Part shown: positions 28,114 to 38,252 of the stretch, one piece after another
How the letters are laid out: the number at the start of each line of letters is the position of its first letter
Position numbering within the stretch: the first letter of the stretch is position 1
Origin: an uncultured Planctomycetia bacterium
GTDB lineage: Bacteria > Omnitrophota > Gorgyraeia > 2-02-FULL-51-18
Reading direction: 5' to 3'
NCBI GenBank assembly: GCA_964431835.1
Contig: CAYSKO010000001.1
Coordinates: 137,743-201,742, forward strand
Length of the DNA: 64,000 nucleotides
The notes under the pieces: generated by a model
What the model was told of the DNA's origin: nothing
The model's input: the letters and a program-made list of their open reading frames with translations, nothing else
Databases searched by the model: none
Made by a program: the position numbers and the translations under genes

Positions 28114-28656
28114 ATGAACATCATCGTTCCCCCGGGAAAAAAAAGACGCTGGCCGTACGCGGCCCTAGCGGCGCTCCTTTTGGCAGCGGCCGCGGCCGGA
28201 GGCGTGTGGGTAGGTAGACGTGCGTCCATCCCTTCCTCGTCCGCCGCCGCCGCGGACAACGAGACGGCCGCGGAAAAAAGTCTCCGCTCGCGCGTTGAGA
28301 CGTTCGAAAACGAACTTCGGAGCCTCGGGGACGCCCTGCGCATGGCCGAAGAGTTCGGCGACAGGTCCAAATACATGGAAATCGTTTCCGTCTCCGCCGC
28401 CAAGCACGTCGAGGCGGACGAGGCCTGGCGGAAGTGGCAGGCGGAAAAACACGGGCTCCGCGACGGGCTCGAGGACGGGATCTTCGAGACCTGGATGAAG
28501 CGTTTCACCGCCGAAGACAAATTCCGCATGCTTTCCGAACGTCACGGACTTTCCGTGGACGCGCTTAAAGTCCTGAAAGGGGAGTTTGAAGTCCTTTTCG
28601 CCGAGGAAATGGCGGAAAAGTTCGCGGCTCCCGAAGAAACGGAGGCCGCCGCGTGA
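28114..28656 (+). CDS. Hypothetical single-pass membrane protein
   Basis: N-terminal TM segment; TACAAT upstream; GTGA overlap with rlmH. Confidence 0.6.
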   Translation: MNIIVPPGKKRRWPYAALAALLLAAAAAGGVWVGRRASIPSSSAAAADNETAAEKSLRSRVETFENELRSLGDALRMAEEFGDRSKYMEIVSVSAAKHVEADEAWRKWQAEKHGLRDGLEDGIFETWMKRFTAEDKFRMLSERHGLSVDALKVLKGEFEVLFAEEMAEKFAAPEETEAAA

Positions 28657-29093
28657 AGCTCGTATTTCGACTCTCGTGGGCCGCGGCGGGGAAGAAACGC
28701 TTCAAATCTGAAGGCGCGCGCCTTCTCTTCGAGGATTACGCGGAGCGACTTGCCCGTTTCGCGCCGGTGTCGGCCGAAGGCGCGTTATCCGCGCCGCTCC
28801 CTTCCGGAAGCCGCCTTTGGTTGTGCGACTCCGCGCAAGGCAAGCCGCTCGCATCGGAGGCCGCGGCCGGGCTCCTTCGGAAGCTTGAAGTGCAGGGAAC
28901 AAAGGAACTTCATGTCGCGATCGGGCCGACAGACGGTTTCTCGGCGGCGGACCGCGTCCGTCTCAAACCCGATCTCGTTTGGAGTTTCGGACCCCTCACG
29001 CTGCCGCACGAACTCGCCGCGGCCGTCGCCGCCGAGCAGGTCTACCGCGCCTACACGATCGTGCGCGGCCTTCCTTACCACAGCGGCCATTAA
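28653..29093 (+). CDS. rlmH: 23S rRNA pseudouridine-1915 N3-methyltransferase
   Basis: IGPTDGF, SFGPLTLPHELA, EQVYRAYTI..G.PYH SPOUT motifs. Confidence 0.85.
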   Translation: MKLVFRLSWAAAGKKRFKSEGARLLFEDYAERLARFAPVSAEGALSAPLPSGSRLWLCDSAQGKPLASEAAAGLLRKLEVQGTKELHVAIGPTDGFSAADRVRLKPDLVWSFGPLTLPHELAAAVAAEQVYRAYTIVRGLPYHSGH

Positions 29094-29125
29094 TTTTTCC
29101 TAATCCGGATTTAAGGCGCTCCTAG
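29089..29125 (+). promoter_or_regulatory. Orphan TAA-box (four units, no -10) between convergent rlmH and tex
   Basis: ATTAA-N6-CTAAT; TA at 29091/29101/29112/29123. Confidence 0.6.
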
Positions 29126-31344
29126 CGCGCGTCGCGTTCCCGGTCGGCTTTCAGGCGGAACGTGAGCGCGATGCGGTTTCGGGGGCGGTCGATCTCGAGC
29201 ACCCGCACTTTCACGGTTTGACCAGTGCGGACGACCTCGTAGGGATCGCGCACGAAGCGCTCAGCGAGCTGAGACACATGCACGAGGCCGTCCTGGTGCA
29301 CCCCGATATCCACGAACGCGCCGAAAGCAGCTACGTTCGTCACTGTGCCCTCCAAAATCATCCCCGGCTTCAAGTCGCTGATCGTGTTCACGCCTTCCGC
29401 GAAGGCCGCCGTACGGAATTCCGGACGCGGATCACGGCCCGGTTTTTCGAGTTCGGCGAGGATATCCTCGACGGTCGGCACGCCGAACCGCTCGTCCACG
29501 TATTCCTCGGGCGAGAGCGCGCGCAGGAACTGCGAATTTCCGAGGATGTCCCCCAGAGCGCGACTGTTCTTCGAGAGCATACGTTCGACGACGGGATACG
29601 ATTCGGGATGCACAGCGGAAGCGTCGAGAGGATTCTCGCCGCCGCGGATGCGTAGGAACCCGGCCGCCTGCTCGAAAGTGCGTGGCCCGAAGTCCGGGAT
29701 ATCCTTCAATCGTTCGCGGCTTTTGAACGCGCCGTGCGCGTCGCGCCAGGCGACCAGGTTCTCCGCGGCGCGGCGCGTGAGCCCGGAAACGTATGAAAGT
29801 AGCGACGGGGAAGCAGTGTTCAAATCCACGCCGACCCCGTTCACGCAGTCCTCGACCACGCCTTGAAGCGATTTGGCGAGGCGCGTCGGGTTGAGATCGT
29901 GCTGATACTGCCCGACTCCGATGGATTTGGGGTCGATCTTCACGAGTTCGGCCAAGGGGTCCTGAAGACGCCGCGCGATGGACACCGCGCCGCGGATCGA
30001 GACGTCGAGCGTGGGGAGCTCTTTGGTCGCCAGCTCCGAGGCCGAATAGACGGAGGCCCCCGCCTCAGAAACGACCGCCTTCAGCGCGGGTTTCCCCGAA
30101 CGGCGGATCGCGTCTGCCGCGAGTTTCTCGGTTTCGCGGGACGCCGTGCCGTTCCCGATTGCGACGAGCTCGACTCCGTAGCGTTCGATCATGGTCGCGA
30201 GAACGGAGGTCGACCGGTCCCAGTCGTTTTCGGGCGGATGCGGAAAAACGGTCGCCGTCGCGACCACCTTGCCGGTTGCATCGACCACCGCGCATTTGAC
30301 GCCGGTCCGGAAGCCGGGGTCCAGGCCGAGCGTCGGTCGCGGCCCCGCGGGAGCGGCCAAGAGCAGGCTCCGCAGGTTCTCGGCGAACACGCGGATCGCT
30401 TCGTCCTCGGCGCCGCGCCGCAGGCGCGACATCGCGTCGAGCTCGAGGTGGAGGCGGATCTTGTAGCGCCACGCGTGGCGCGCCGTGTCGAAAAGGAAGG
30501 GATCGCCGGGCCGGCGCGTCGGTTTCCAACCGAGACGTTTCAGGACGGGTTCGAGGTAATCGCGGTCTGCCGCCGCGGGGTCTCCGTACGCCTGCGGCTC
30601 GAGCGACACGCGCAGGATCTCTTCCTGGCGGCCCCGCAGGATCGCCAGCGCCCGGTGCGAAGGAATCTTCCGGATCGGCTCGCGGAAATCGAAGTAGTCC
30701 GAAAATTTCGCCGCTTCCTCGCGCTTCGAAGGCGGCGCGGAAGGAGACAAAGAAGAGGCGACCCAGATCGAATTCCAGAAGGTCTCGCGGAGCGCGCCCA
30801 CCAGAGCGGCGTCCTCGGCGAGCCACTCGGCCAGGATTTCACGGGCTCCCGCTAGGGCCCCCGCCGCGTCCGCGATGCCCTTCACCGGATCCGCGTACGC
30901 GCGGGCTTCGGTTTCGGGGTCGAGCATCGGATCGGCAAAGAGCCTGTCGGCCAGGGGTTCCAGGCCCGCGTCGCGAGCGGCCTGCGCTTTCGTATGGCGC
31001 TTGGGCCGGAACGGCAGATAAAGGTCCTCGAGCGCGGATTTCGTGGCGGCCGCTTCGAGAGCTTCTTGAAGAGTCGGGTTCATGCGGCCTTGCGACAGGA
31101 TCGACGCGACGATCTCGCCCCGCCGGGTCTCGAGTTCGCGCACTTCCTCGACGCGCGCGGCCAAAAGCCGCAGGTGCACGTCGGTGAGGCCGCCGGTGGC
31201 CTCTTTACGGTAGCGCGCGATGAACGGCACGGTCGCCCCGGAATCGAGCAGGCGGATCGCCGCGCGGACCTGATGGGCTTTCACAGCGATCTCGCCGGCT
31301 AGGAGGGACTCGATCGTGACGGAGGCGGCGGTTTCTTTTTCCAT
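29122..31344 (-). CDS. tex: Tex family RNA-binding transcriptional accessory protein
   Basis: GATVPFIARYRKEATG, GLDPGFRTG, IGNGTASRET, IGVGQYQHD, C-terminal S1 domain; start placed at ATG 31344. Confidence 0.93.
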   Translation of the reverse strand: MEKETAASVTIESLLAGEIAVKAHQVRAAIRLLDSGATVPFIARYRKEATGGLTDVHLRLLAARVEEVRELETRRGEIVASILSQGRMNPTLQEALEAAATKSALEDLYLPFRPKRHTKAQAARDAGLEPLADRLFADPMLDPETEARAYADPVKGIADAAGALAGAREILAEWLAEDAALVGALRETFWNSIWVASSLSPSAPPSKREEAAKFSDYFDFREPIRKIPSHRALAILRGRQEEILRVSLEPQAYGDPAAADRDYLEPVLKRLGWKPTRRPGDPFLFDTARHAWRYKIRLHLELDAMSRLRRGAEDEAIRVFAENLRSLLLAAPAGPRPTLGLDPGFRTGVKCAVVDATGKVVATATVFPHPPENDWDRSTSVLATMIERYGVELVAIGNGTASRETEKLAADAIRRSGKPALKAVVSEAGASVYSASELATKELPTLDVSIRGAVSIARRLQDPLAELVKIDPKSIGVGQYQHDLNPTRLAKSLQGVVEDCVNGVGVDLNTASPSLLSYVSGLTRRAAENLVAWRDAHGAFKSRERLKDIPDFGPRTFEQAAGFLRIRGGENPLDASAVHPESYPVVERMLSKNSRALGDILGNSQFLRALSPEEYVDERFGVPTVEDILAELEKPGRDPRPEFRTAAFAEGVNTISDLKPGMILEGTVTNVAAFGAFVDIGVHQDGLVHVSQLAERFVRDPYEVVRTGQTVKVRVLEIDRPRNRIALTFRLKADRERDAR

Positions 31345-31387
31345 GCGCGCCATTGTAGCATAGACGAAACACACCCCGGAGGGACTC

Positions 31388-31948
31388 GTGAAAAAAAGGA
31401 AATCGCGCGGAGGCTGGACGACACTCGGGCGCCGCGTCGTGTACCGGAACCCCTGGTTCGTCGTTCGAAAGGACGTCGTGACGCGCCCTGACGGAAAGCC
31501 TGGGGCGTTCCACGTGATCGAAACTAAAGGCGCCGCGGTGTTCATTGTCGCTTTGAACGCGCGCAACGAAGTCCTCCTCGTGAAATTGTTCCGGTATCCC
31601 ACCGAGCGTTGGTCGGTCGAGGTTCCGGGCGGCAATTCCGAAGGGCAGCGCCCGCTCGCGGCCGCCAAGCGGGAACTCGAGGAGGAGACCGGCTGGCGCG
31701 CCCGCCGCTGGAAGAAGATCGGCTCGTTCCAGTCCGTGAACGGACTCTCGAGCGAGCTTTCGTACGTGTACCTCGCGACGTCGCTCGAGCGCACCGGCCG
31801 CGACCGGCAGGCGGAAGAAGGGATCGTCGGCGCGTTTTTCGTGCCGTTCGCGCGTGCGCTCCGCGACGTCGCCGAAGGCCGAATCACCGACGGGAAGACG
31901 GTCTGTGCGCTTGCGTACGCCGCGCTCGCGAAACGCGCCCTTCATTAA
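31388..31948 (+). CDS. NUDIX hydrolase (ADP-ribose pyrophosphatase-like)
   Basis: EVPGG...AAKRELEEETG Nudix box. Confidence 0.88.
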   Translation: MKKRKSRGGWTTLGRRVVYRNPWFVVRKDVVTRPDGKPGAFHVIETKGAAVFIVALNARNEVLLVKLFRYPTERWSVEVPGGNSEGQRPLAAAKRELEEETGWRARRWKKIGSFQSVNGLSSELSYVYLATSLERTGRDRQAEEGIVGAFFVPFARALRDVAEGRITDGKTVCALAYAALAKRALH

Positions 31949-31998
31949 CGAAATCTAATCTTTTTTTAATGCCCCCCTAATCGCCCCGGCGCTAGACT
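31944..31998 (+). promoter_or_regulatory. Periodic TAA-box promoter, complete
   Basis: TAA at 31946/31956/31967/31978; TAGACT at 31993; ATG 6 nt after the -10. Confidence 0.8.
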
Positions 31999-32004
31999 GG
32001 GAAC

Positions 32005-32799
32005 ATGGAAAAAGACCGCCTCCGCATCGCCGCAGTGGGCGACCTCCATTGCCACAAGGACTCGCAAGGGGTCTTCCAGCCCTTTCTTGCGCGTGTGAAC
32101 GAGGTCGCCGATTGCCTTCTTCTCCTCGGCGATCTCACCGATTACGGGCATCCCGAAGAAGCGCACGTTCTCGCACGCGAGCTCACCGCTTCCGTGAAGG
32201 TCCCGATCCTCGCAGTTCTCGGAAACCACGATTACGAATCTGGGCACGAAGTCGAGGTGAAGCGCATCCTGACCGAGGCCGGCGTGAAGATTCTGGACGG
32301 AGACGTCTATGAGATCTGCGGCGTCGGATTCGCGGGGGTGAAAGGATTCTGCGGCGGTTTCGACCGCGCCTCGCTCCAGCCGTGGGGCGAAGCGACGATC
32401 AAACGCTTCGTGCACGAAGCAGTCGAAGAAGCGCTCAAGCTCGAATCCGCACTCGCCAAGCTCCGCACGGAAAAGCGCATCGTTCTCCTTCATTATTCGC
32501 CGATTCGGCAGACCGTCGAAGGGGAGCCTCTCGACATCTACACATTCCTGGGTTCCAGCCGTCTCGAGGATCCATTGAACCGTTATCCGGTCGACGCGGT
32601 CTTTCACGGGCACGCGCATCACGGCGCCCCCCAAGGTTTCACGAAGACCGGTACGCCCGTCTACAACGTCGCTTTGCCGCTTATGAGGAAGTTGTTTCCC
32701 GAACGGCCGTTCCGCGTTTACGAGATCCTAAAGGAGGCCCCATGCCCTTCACCGACGATCCCGAGCACCGCTTTTATCACGACGTCCTCGTCCTCCTGA
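32005..32799 (+). CDS. Calcineurin-like metallophosphoesterase
   Basis: GDLH, GDLTD, GNHD, HGHAH motifs. Confidence 0.9.
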   Translation: MEKDRLRIAAVGDLHCHKDSQGVFQPFLARVNEVADCLLLLGDLTDYGHPEEAHVLARELTASVKVPILAVLGNHDYESGHEVEVKRILTEAGVKILDGDVYEICGVGFAGVKGFCGGFDRASLQPWGEATIKRFVHEAVEEALKLESALAKLRTEKRIVLLHYSPIRQTVEGEPLDIYTFLGSSRLEDPLNRYPVDAVFHGHAHHGAPQGFTKTGTPVYNVALPLMRKLFPERPFRVYEILKEAPCPSPTIPSTAFITTSSSS

Positions 32800-33566
32800 G
32801 CGAAAAGAAGGCTTCCTTTCTCGTCGGGGGGGCTTTCGCGTTCCTTCCTTACACCGGCATATCCCGCGACACCAAAGACCTCGATCTTTTCTGCCGCCCG
32901 GAAGACGTGGACGGCATCATGGAAATTTTAAGTGATGCCGGCTACCGGACGGAGATCACCTTCAAGCACTGGCTCGGAAAAGCCCATGGCGAAGGGGACC
33001 GGTTCGTCGATTTGATCTACTGCTCGGGGAACGGACTTTGTCCCGTGGACGACTCCTGGTTCACGCACGCGCCGCAGGGCGAGGTGTTCGGCGTGCCGGT
33101 GCGTCTCATGCCGCCCGAGGAAATGATCTGGCAAAAGGCGTTCATCATGGAACGCGAGCGCTTCGACGGCGCCGACGTGGCGCATCTGTTGCGTGCCTGC
33201 GGCCCGCGGCTAGACTGGAAGCGTCTTTTGACCCGTTTTGGCGACGAACACTGGCGGGTACTTTTGACCCACCTCGTTCTTTTCGGATTCACGTATCCCT
33301 CCGAGCGCGCGGCGATTCCGGAAGACGTCCTTTTTGGCCTAGTGATGCGCCTCTGCGAGGAGCACGGTCCCGGGGAAGCGGCGAAAATCTGCCGTGGCAC
33401 GTTCCTTTCACGCGCGCAGTATCTGCCGGACATCGAGTCGTGGGGCTACGCGGACCCGCGTCTCAAGCCCGGCGGCAACATGAGCGAAAGCGACGTGCGC
33501 CGGTGGACGGATCCCGTCGACGAGACGAACAGCCACCCACACATCGCGCCCGTCCGGAACGGTTAA
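32742..33566 (+). CDS. Nucleotidyltransferase family protein
   Basis: FLVGGAFA...RDTKDLDLF motif; GGAGG SD. Confidence 0.8.
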   Translation: MPFTDDPEHRFYHDVLVLLSEKKASFLVGGAFAFLPYTGISRDTKDLDLFCRPEDVDGIMEILSDAGYRTEITFKHWLGKAHGEGDRFVDLIYCSGNGLCPVDDSWFTHAPQGEVFGVPVRLMPPEEMIWQKAFIMERERFDGADVAHLLRACGPRLDWKRLLTRFGDEHWRVLLTHLVLFGFTYPSERAAIPEDVLFGLVMRLCEEHGPGEAAKICRGTFLSRAQYLPDIESWGYADPRLKPGGNMSESDVRRWTDPVDETNSHPHIAPVRNG

Positions 33567-33658
33567 GTTCTTCCTCAAGAGAGACCGCTCCGTGCGCGAA
33601 TGGCTTCAGGCACTGATGCTGGAGCTAGAGAAACCGAAGTTGAAGGAGAAGGAACCCG

Positions 33659-34753
33659 ATGAAATTGCCCACGCGTTACGCGCAAGCCGAATACGAATTG
33701 ACCGACCTTCTCGGGCAACCCGATTTGGACGGCACGCTTCGTGACCGCCCGTCGCTGGTTTTTTCCATCGAGAAGGCGCTCTCTTCGGCCGTGGGGCAAG
33801 CGTACGGTCTGGGTGAGGGGATCGGCGTCGACGACGCGCGCCTTTTTCTCCAGCGCGTCCTCTTTCACTGCAACCGCCTGGGATTTTTTCGCTTCGACGA
33901 CCCCGCGCGTTATTTGAACGAGAATTCGGAGTACGTCTTCCGCTTGCGTCGCCGGATCGAGGAAGCGTGGCAGGCACGCGAGCTCTCCCGCATCGACGTG
34001 CCCGCGCTCAAGCGTCTCGACACCCGCCGCGCGCTCGTGGATCGCGTGGCCGCGGATTCGGATCTCGAACCCTCCCCAACGTCCCTGTTCTTCCGCAAGG
34101 ACGCGTCCCCCCGGGGTTGGCACCGGGCGGCGGGAGTCACCGCGCTACGCTCGTTCTATACGTTGGGCTGCGCTTGGAAGGCGCTCGGCGGTCCCGAGCA
34201 CCGCGTGCGCGCGTCCCTAGCGCGTCTCCTGGCCGAAACGGGCGAGGCGAGCTCGCCCCAGAGGAAACTCTCCGAAGGGCTTCTTTCCACGCTCCAATGC
34301 GCGGGTCTGAAACCCGATCCCGAAGCGTACGTCAGTTTCGCTCCGTGGGAGTCGCTTTCCGAGATCAACGAGGCTTTCCATCTTTCGTCTCTGAGCCGTC
34401 AATTCCTGAAAATGGCCGGAGCACTCCTTTTTTGGGAGGCGTCCGGGCCCGCGGAGTTGGCGGACCACGACGCGGCCGCGCGGCGGCTGGGCCTGGGCGG
34501 CCGCCCGCAGGGAAATCCTTTTTACGAGGAACGGCGCTGCAGGCTTCTTCTTAACGAGATCGCGCTGCCGCTCGTCGACGCCTACCCGGACGAGTCGTGG
34601 CAGGTACTCGCGGGCTACGACATCGCGCGTCTCATGCGCCGGAGGTCGTCCGAGGCGTTGGCTCGCGCCGCGCGCGAAGCCGACGCCCTTTCCGGCGACG
34701 ACCGCGAGTTGCCGCGGATGGTCCCGAAGGCGTCGCTTTCGCCGCGCCCTTGA
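33659..34753 (+). CDS. Heme-oxygenase-like iron-containing redox enzyme family protein, degenerate
   Basis: LFLQRVLF..NRL, YLNENS, PWESLSEINE.F, ALPLVD.YP..SWQVL.GYD resemble this family. Confidence 0.55.
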   Translation: MKLPTRYAQAEYELTDLLGQPDLDGTLRDRPSLVFSIEKALSSAVGQAYGLGEGIGVDDARLFLQRVLFHCNRLGFFRFDDPARYLNENSEYVFRLRRRIEEAWQARELSRIDVPALKRLDTRRALVDRVAADSDLEPSPTSLFFRKDASPRGWHRAAGVTALRSFYTLGCAWKALGGPEHRVRASLARLLAETGEASSPQRKLSEGLLSTLQCAGLKPDPEAYVSFAPWESLSEINEAFHLSSLSRQFLKMAGALLFWEASGPAELADHDAAARRLGLGGRPQGNPFYEERRCRLLLNEIALPLVDAYPDESWQVLAGYDIARLMRRRSSEALARAAREADALSGDDRELPRMVPKASLSPRP

Positions 34754-34806
34754 ATGCGCGTCCGTGAAATGGTAGATTTCAAGAGAACCCATCCTACGGA
34801 GGCACG

Positions 34807-35037
34807 ATGAGAACTTGTACCGCTTGCCGGGCGAAAGTCGAAGAGGAAGAGGGCACGATGAACGCGGCCGCCCGTTTCGTGTGCGCCGAATGCGCCGAAG
34901 ATGAACGCGCGGGAGCCGGAGAAGCGGCGGAATGCCCCGAATGCGGAGATCCCATCGAGGACAAGAAGGCCGAATCTTGCGTTTCCTGCGGCGCCGAGCT
35001 CAAACCCGGCGACGACGAGGAAGAAGAGGAAGTCTGA
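34807..35037 (+). CDS. Small multi-zinc-ribbon acidic protein
   Basis: Four CxxC pairs; GGAGG SD. Confidence 0.7.
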   Translation: MRTCTACRAKVEEEEGTMNAAARFVCAECAEDERAGAGEAAECPECGDPIEDKKAESCVSCGAELKPGDDEEEEEV

Positions 35038-35042
35038 CCGCC

Positions 35043-35408
35043 GTGAATCCACGAACCCGTCTCATCCCTCTCGCCGTCGCCGGCCTGATTCTCGCCGCCG
35101 GTCTGGGCTTGAGCCTCGGACAAAATGCCGAGCTCCGGAGGCGGCTCGATTCGTACGAGGCGACCACTGATGCGCGCCGCATCGCCAAGCGGAACCAGGA
35201 TAATTTACGCCGGACGCTTCTAGGGAATCTCGGAGAACTGCACCGCCTCCGCGTCGAAAACCGGGAGATGACGCTCGAGAATGGGATGCGCGCACAAGCC
35301 GAAAAAAACTCCGAACGGGAGTGGCGGGCGCGCGAGCAGGCGGAAGGCGGCCGCATCGAAAAGCTGGAGGCTGAACTTTTGGCCGCCCGCGCGGTGAATC
35401 CTCGGTGA
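35043..35408 (+). CDS. Hypothetical membrane-anchored coiled-coil protein
   Basis: GTG start; N-terminal hydrophobic helix. Confidence 0.55.
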   Translation: MNPRTRLIPLAVAGLILAAGLGLSLGQNAELRRRLDSYEATTDARRIAKRNQDNLRRTLLGNLGELHRLRVENREMTLENGMRAQAEKNSEREWRAREQAEGGRIEKLEAELLAARAVNPR

Positions 35409-35410
35409 CT

Positions 35411-36052
35411 TTAGCCGAGCTGGGTGTCGTGGGTTTTCTCGAACGCGGCGATCGCGGCTTCCTCGCGTAACGTGCGGCCGATGTCGTCGAGGCCGTGGAG
35501 GAAACGTTCTTTGACCGCGGGGTCCATCTCGAATCGATAGATGGTCTCGGAGCCGGGTGCGTGGATTTTCAGCGTCTCGGTCTCGACGTCCGCGGTCGCT
35601 TCGAGACCCGGATGCTCCACGACGAGCTCATGGATCTGCCCGACCTCGACGTCCGAAAGCTCGATCGTCAGAAGCCCGTTCTTCGAGGAATTGTTGCGGA
35701 AGATGTCCGCGAACGCCGGGATGAACGAGCCGTCCTTTTGTTTGTTCTTCGGAGCGACGACCACTTCGAACCCGAATTCCTTCACCGCCCACACCGCGTG
35801 CTCGCGGCTCGAGCCGCAGCCGAAGTTGTTTCCCGCCACGAGGATCGAAGCCCCCTGAAAGCGCGACTGGTTGAGAGGGAAGTCCGCGACCGGCTTCTCG
35901 TTCGCATCGAAGCGCCAATCGTGGAAAAGGTGCGGGCCGAATCCGGTGCGCGAAATCGATTTTAAAAACTGTTTCGCGATGATTTGGTCGGTGTCGATGT
36001 TCGAGCGGTCGAGCGACACGAGCTTGCCGCGGTGCTGGCGGAGAGCCTTCAT
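35411..36052 (-). CDS. leuD: 3-isopropylmalate dehydratase small subunit
   Basis: [33 protein letters not shown]. Confidence 0.95.
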   Translation of the reverse strand: MKALRQHRGKLVSLDRSNIDTDQIIAKQFLKSISRTGFGPHLFHDWRFDANEKPVADFPLNQSRFQGASILVAGNNFGCGSSREHAVWAVKEFGFEVVVAPKNKQKDGSFIPAFADIFRNNSSKNGLLTIELSDVEVGQIHELVVEHPGLEATADVETETLKIHAPGSETIYRFEMDPAVKERFLHGLDDIGRTLREEAAIAAFEKTHDTQLG

Positions 36053-37458
36053 TTTTCATTCCCCCACGAGCGCAAATCCACGAACTTGCCGGTGACCGCG
36101 GCGGCCGCGGCCATGCCGGGGCTGACGAGATGCGTGCGGCCGCCCTTGCCTTGACGCCCTTCGAAATTGCGGTTCGAGGTCGACGCGCAGCGCTCGCCCG
36201 GCTGGAGGAAATCCGGATTCATCGCCAGGCACATGCTGCAGCCTGACTGGCGCCAGTCCGCGCCGGCTTCCCTGAACACGCGGTCGAGCCCTTCGGACTC
36301 CGCCTGCTTCAAAACCTGCTGGGAACCGGGAACGACGAGGACGCGCATCCCCGACGACACTTTCCGCCCCCTCATCACGGCCGCCGCCTCACGAAGGTCT
36401 TCGATGCGCGCGTTTGTGCAGCTTCCAATGAAAACCGTGTCCACCTTCACGTCCGTAATCGGGGTGCCGGGAGTCAATCCCATGTACGCGAGCGCCTGCT
36501 CGACGTCCGTGCGGCTGTAGCCGGGAACGGAACCGGGCTCGGGGATGCGGCCCGTGACGTCCATCACCATGCCGGGGCTCGTCCCCCACGTGATCTGCGG
36601 CGCGATCTTGTCAGCTTCGATCGTGAGGCAGCGGTCGAACACCGCGTCCGGATCGGAGGGGAGCGTCTTCCAAAACCGCATCGCCCGCTCGAGCGCTTCG
36701 CCTTTGGGCGCGAAGTGCCGGCCGGGTTTCGAGACGTACTGGAAAGTGGTTTCGTCGGGAGCGACGAGGCCCGCGCGCGCGCCGGCCTCGATAGACATGT
36801 TGCACACGGTCATGCGCGCCTCCATGGAAAGCGCGCGGATCGCCTCGCCCGCGTATTCGAGAACGTAACCGGTCCCGCCGGCGGTGCCTATCTCGCCGAT
36901 GAGCTTAAGAATCAGATCCTTCGCGCCGACGGGAGACTTCGGGCGTCCGGTGAATTCCACGCGGAAGGTCTTCGGTTTCGTCTGGGCGAGGGTCTGCGTC
37001 GCGAGGACGTGCTCCACTTCCGAAGTCCCGATACCGAGCGCGAACGTGCCGAACGCGCCGTGCGTGGACGTGTGCGAGTCGCCACAGACGATGGTCATTC
37101 CGGGGAGCGTGATTCCCATCTCGGGACCGATGATGTGGACGATGCCCTGGCGGTCGTCGTTCAAGTCGAAAAGGCGGACGCCGAATTCGGCGCAGTTATG
37201 GCGGAGCGCTTCCACCTGCGCGCGCGAGATCGGATCCTTGATGACCGTACGGTCGTCCGTGGGCACGTTGTGGTCCATCGTCGCGAACGTGAGCTCGGGC
37301 CGGCGCGTCTTGCGGCCGGAAAGGCGGAGGCCCTCGAACGCCTGCGGGCTCGTGACTTCGTGCACGAGATGCCGGTCGATATAAAGGAGGGCGGTCCCGT
37401 CCTTGAGCGTCGCGACGAGATGCCGGTCCCAGATTTTCTCGAAAAGAGTTTTAGCCAT
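36049..37458 (-). CDS. leuC: 3-isopropylmalate dehydratase large subunit
   Basis: [48 protein letters not shown]. Confidence 0.97.
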   Translation of the reverse strand: MAKTLFEKIWDRHLVATLKDGTALLYIDRHLVHEVTSPQAFEGLRLSGRKTRRPELTFATMDHNVPTDDRTVIKDPISRAQVEALRHNCAEFGVRLFDLNDDRQGIVHIIGPEMGITLPGMTIVCGDSHTSTHGAFGTFALGIGTSEVEHVLATQTLAQTKPKTFRVEFTGRPKSPVGAKDLILKLIGEIGTAGGTGYVLEYAGEAIRALSMEARMTVCNMSIEAGARAGLVAPDETTFQYVSKPGRHFAPKGEALERAMRFWKTLPSDPDAVFDRCLTIEADKIAPQITWGTSPGMVMDVTGRIPEPGSVPGYSRTDVEQALAYMGLTPGTPITDVKVDTVFIGSCTNARIEDLREAAAVMRGRKVSSGMRVLVVPGSQQVLKQAESEGLDRVFREAGADWRQSGCSMCLAMNPDFLQPGERCASTSNRNFEGRQGKGGRTHLVSPGMAAAAAVTGKFVDLRSWGNEK

Positions 37459-37540
37459 AAGGCTTTACAGTATAGCCACGCGGGCGACGGTCCTCAAGTG
37501 TAATTATGGAAGGACGGGCGGGTTTCGGCTATAATGAGCC

Positions 37541-37750
37541 ATGATTCTTTCAGAAGCCACGATGACGTGCCCTGCCTGCGGGGCAGTGAAACTCGAAACG
37601 ATGCCGGCCTGCGGACTCCAGATGGAGTACGACTGCGCCGCCTGTGGCGTCCGGTCGGTGCCCCGTACCGGGGATTGCTGCGTGTACTGCTCGTATTCGG
37701 ACATCATCTGCCCGACCCAACAGGGCAAGCGCGATTGCTGCCACGAATGA
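37541..37750 (+). CDS. GDCCVxC domain-containing small Cys-rich protein
   Basis: TCPACG...CAACG...GDCCVYCSY...CP; TATAAT 5 nt upstream. Confidence 0.8.
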   Translation: MILSEATMTCPACGAVKLETMPACGLQMEYDCAACGVRSVPRTGDCCVYCSYSDIICPTQQGKRDCCHE

Positions 37751-38160
37751 AAATAGCGGTCCTCTTCCTCGCTTTCTCTTTTCTTTCTTCTGCGGCCTGG
37801 GCGGTCGAAGCGCCCATAGGCTACGACTCGGAAGCCGGCGCGCTCCCGGCGCCCGAACCCCGTCCGGCGGTCGTCGAAGCGGCGAGCCCGCCCGTTTTCG
37901 CGGATTCGGCGGGTCCGGTCGAGGTTTCTCCGGCCCGTTCGGCGCGCCCGGCGGCAGCGCCCGCCCAAGCCTCCGCACCGACGCTCGGCACCGCGCTCAT
38001 GTCGTTCGAGTCCGACCGCCCGCAGGATCGAAAGTTTCCGGCCGGAGTTTTCGTTTCGATGGAACGCGTCGTGACACCTCCGCCCGTTTCGTTTCCGCTC
38101 GGTCAGTACGACGTCGAAGAAGAGCCGCTTCCGGCCCGCCGCGTACCGCCCACAGATTAA
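37747..38160 (+). CDS. Hypothetical secreted Pro/Ala-rich protein
   Basis: Signal peptide MKIAVLFLAFSFLSSAAWA; ATGA overlap. Confidence 0.6.
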   Translation: MKIAVLFLAFSFLSSAAWAVEAPIGYDSEAGALPAPEPRPAVVEAASPPVFADSAGPVEVSPARSARPAAAPAQASAPTLGTALMSFESDRPQDRKFPAGVFVSMERVVTPPPVSFPLGQYDVEEEPLPARRVPPTD

Positions 38161-38210
38161 AAAGTCCTAATCCCTTTCTAACCTCTCGTTAATGCCCGCT
38201 TTGCTACCAT
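38156..38210 (+). promoter_or_regulatory. Periodic TAA-box promoter, complete
   Basis: TAA at 38158/38168/38179/38190; TACCAT at 38205. Confidence 0.8.
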
Positions 38211-38252
38211 ATCCTCGGATGGTAAATAAACCATTCAAAAGGAGGAAATCCG

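Noticed and set aside
31345-31887. N-terminal extension of the 921-aa tex ORF
   Set aside because: It overlaps the NUDIX gene on the opposite strand; Tex homology and a TACAAT element point to the start at 31344.
37541-37750. Selenoprotein recoding in the GDCCVxC protein
   Set aside because: No in-frame internal TGA; all positions are Cys.
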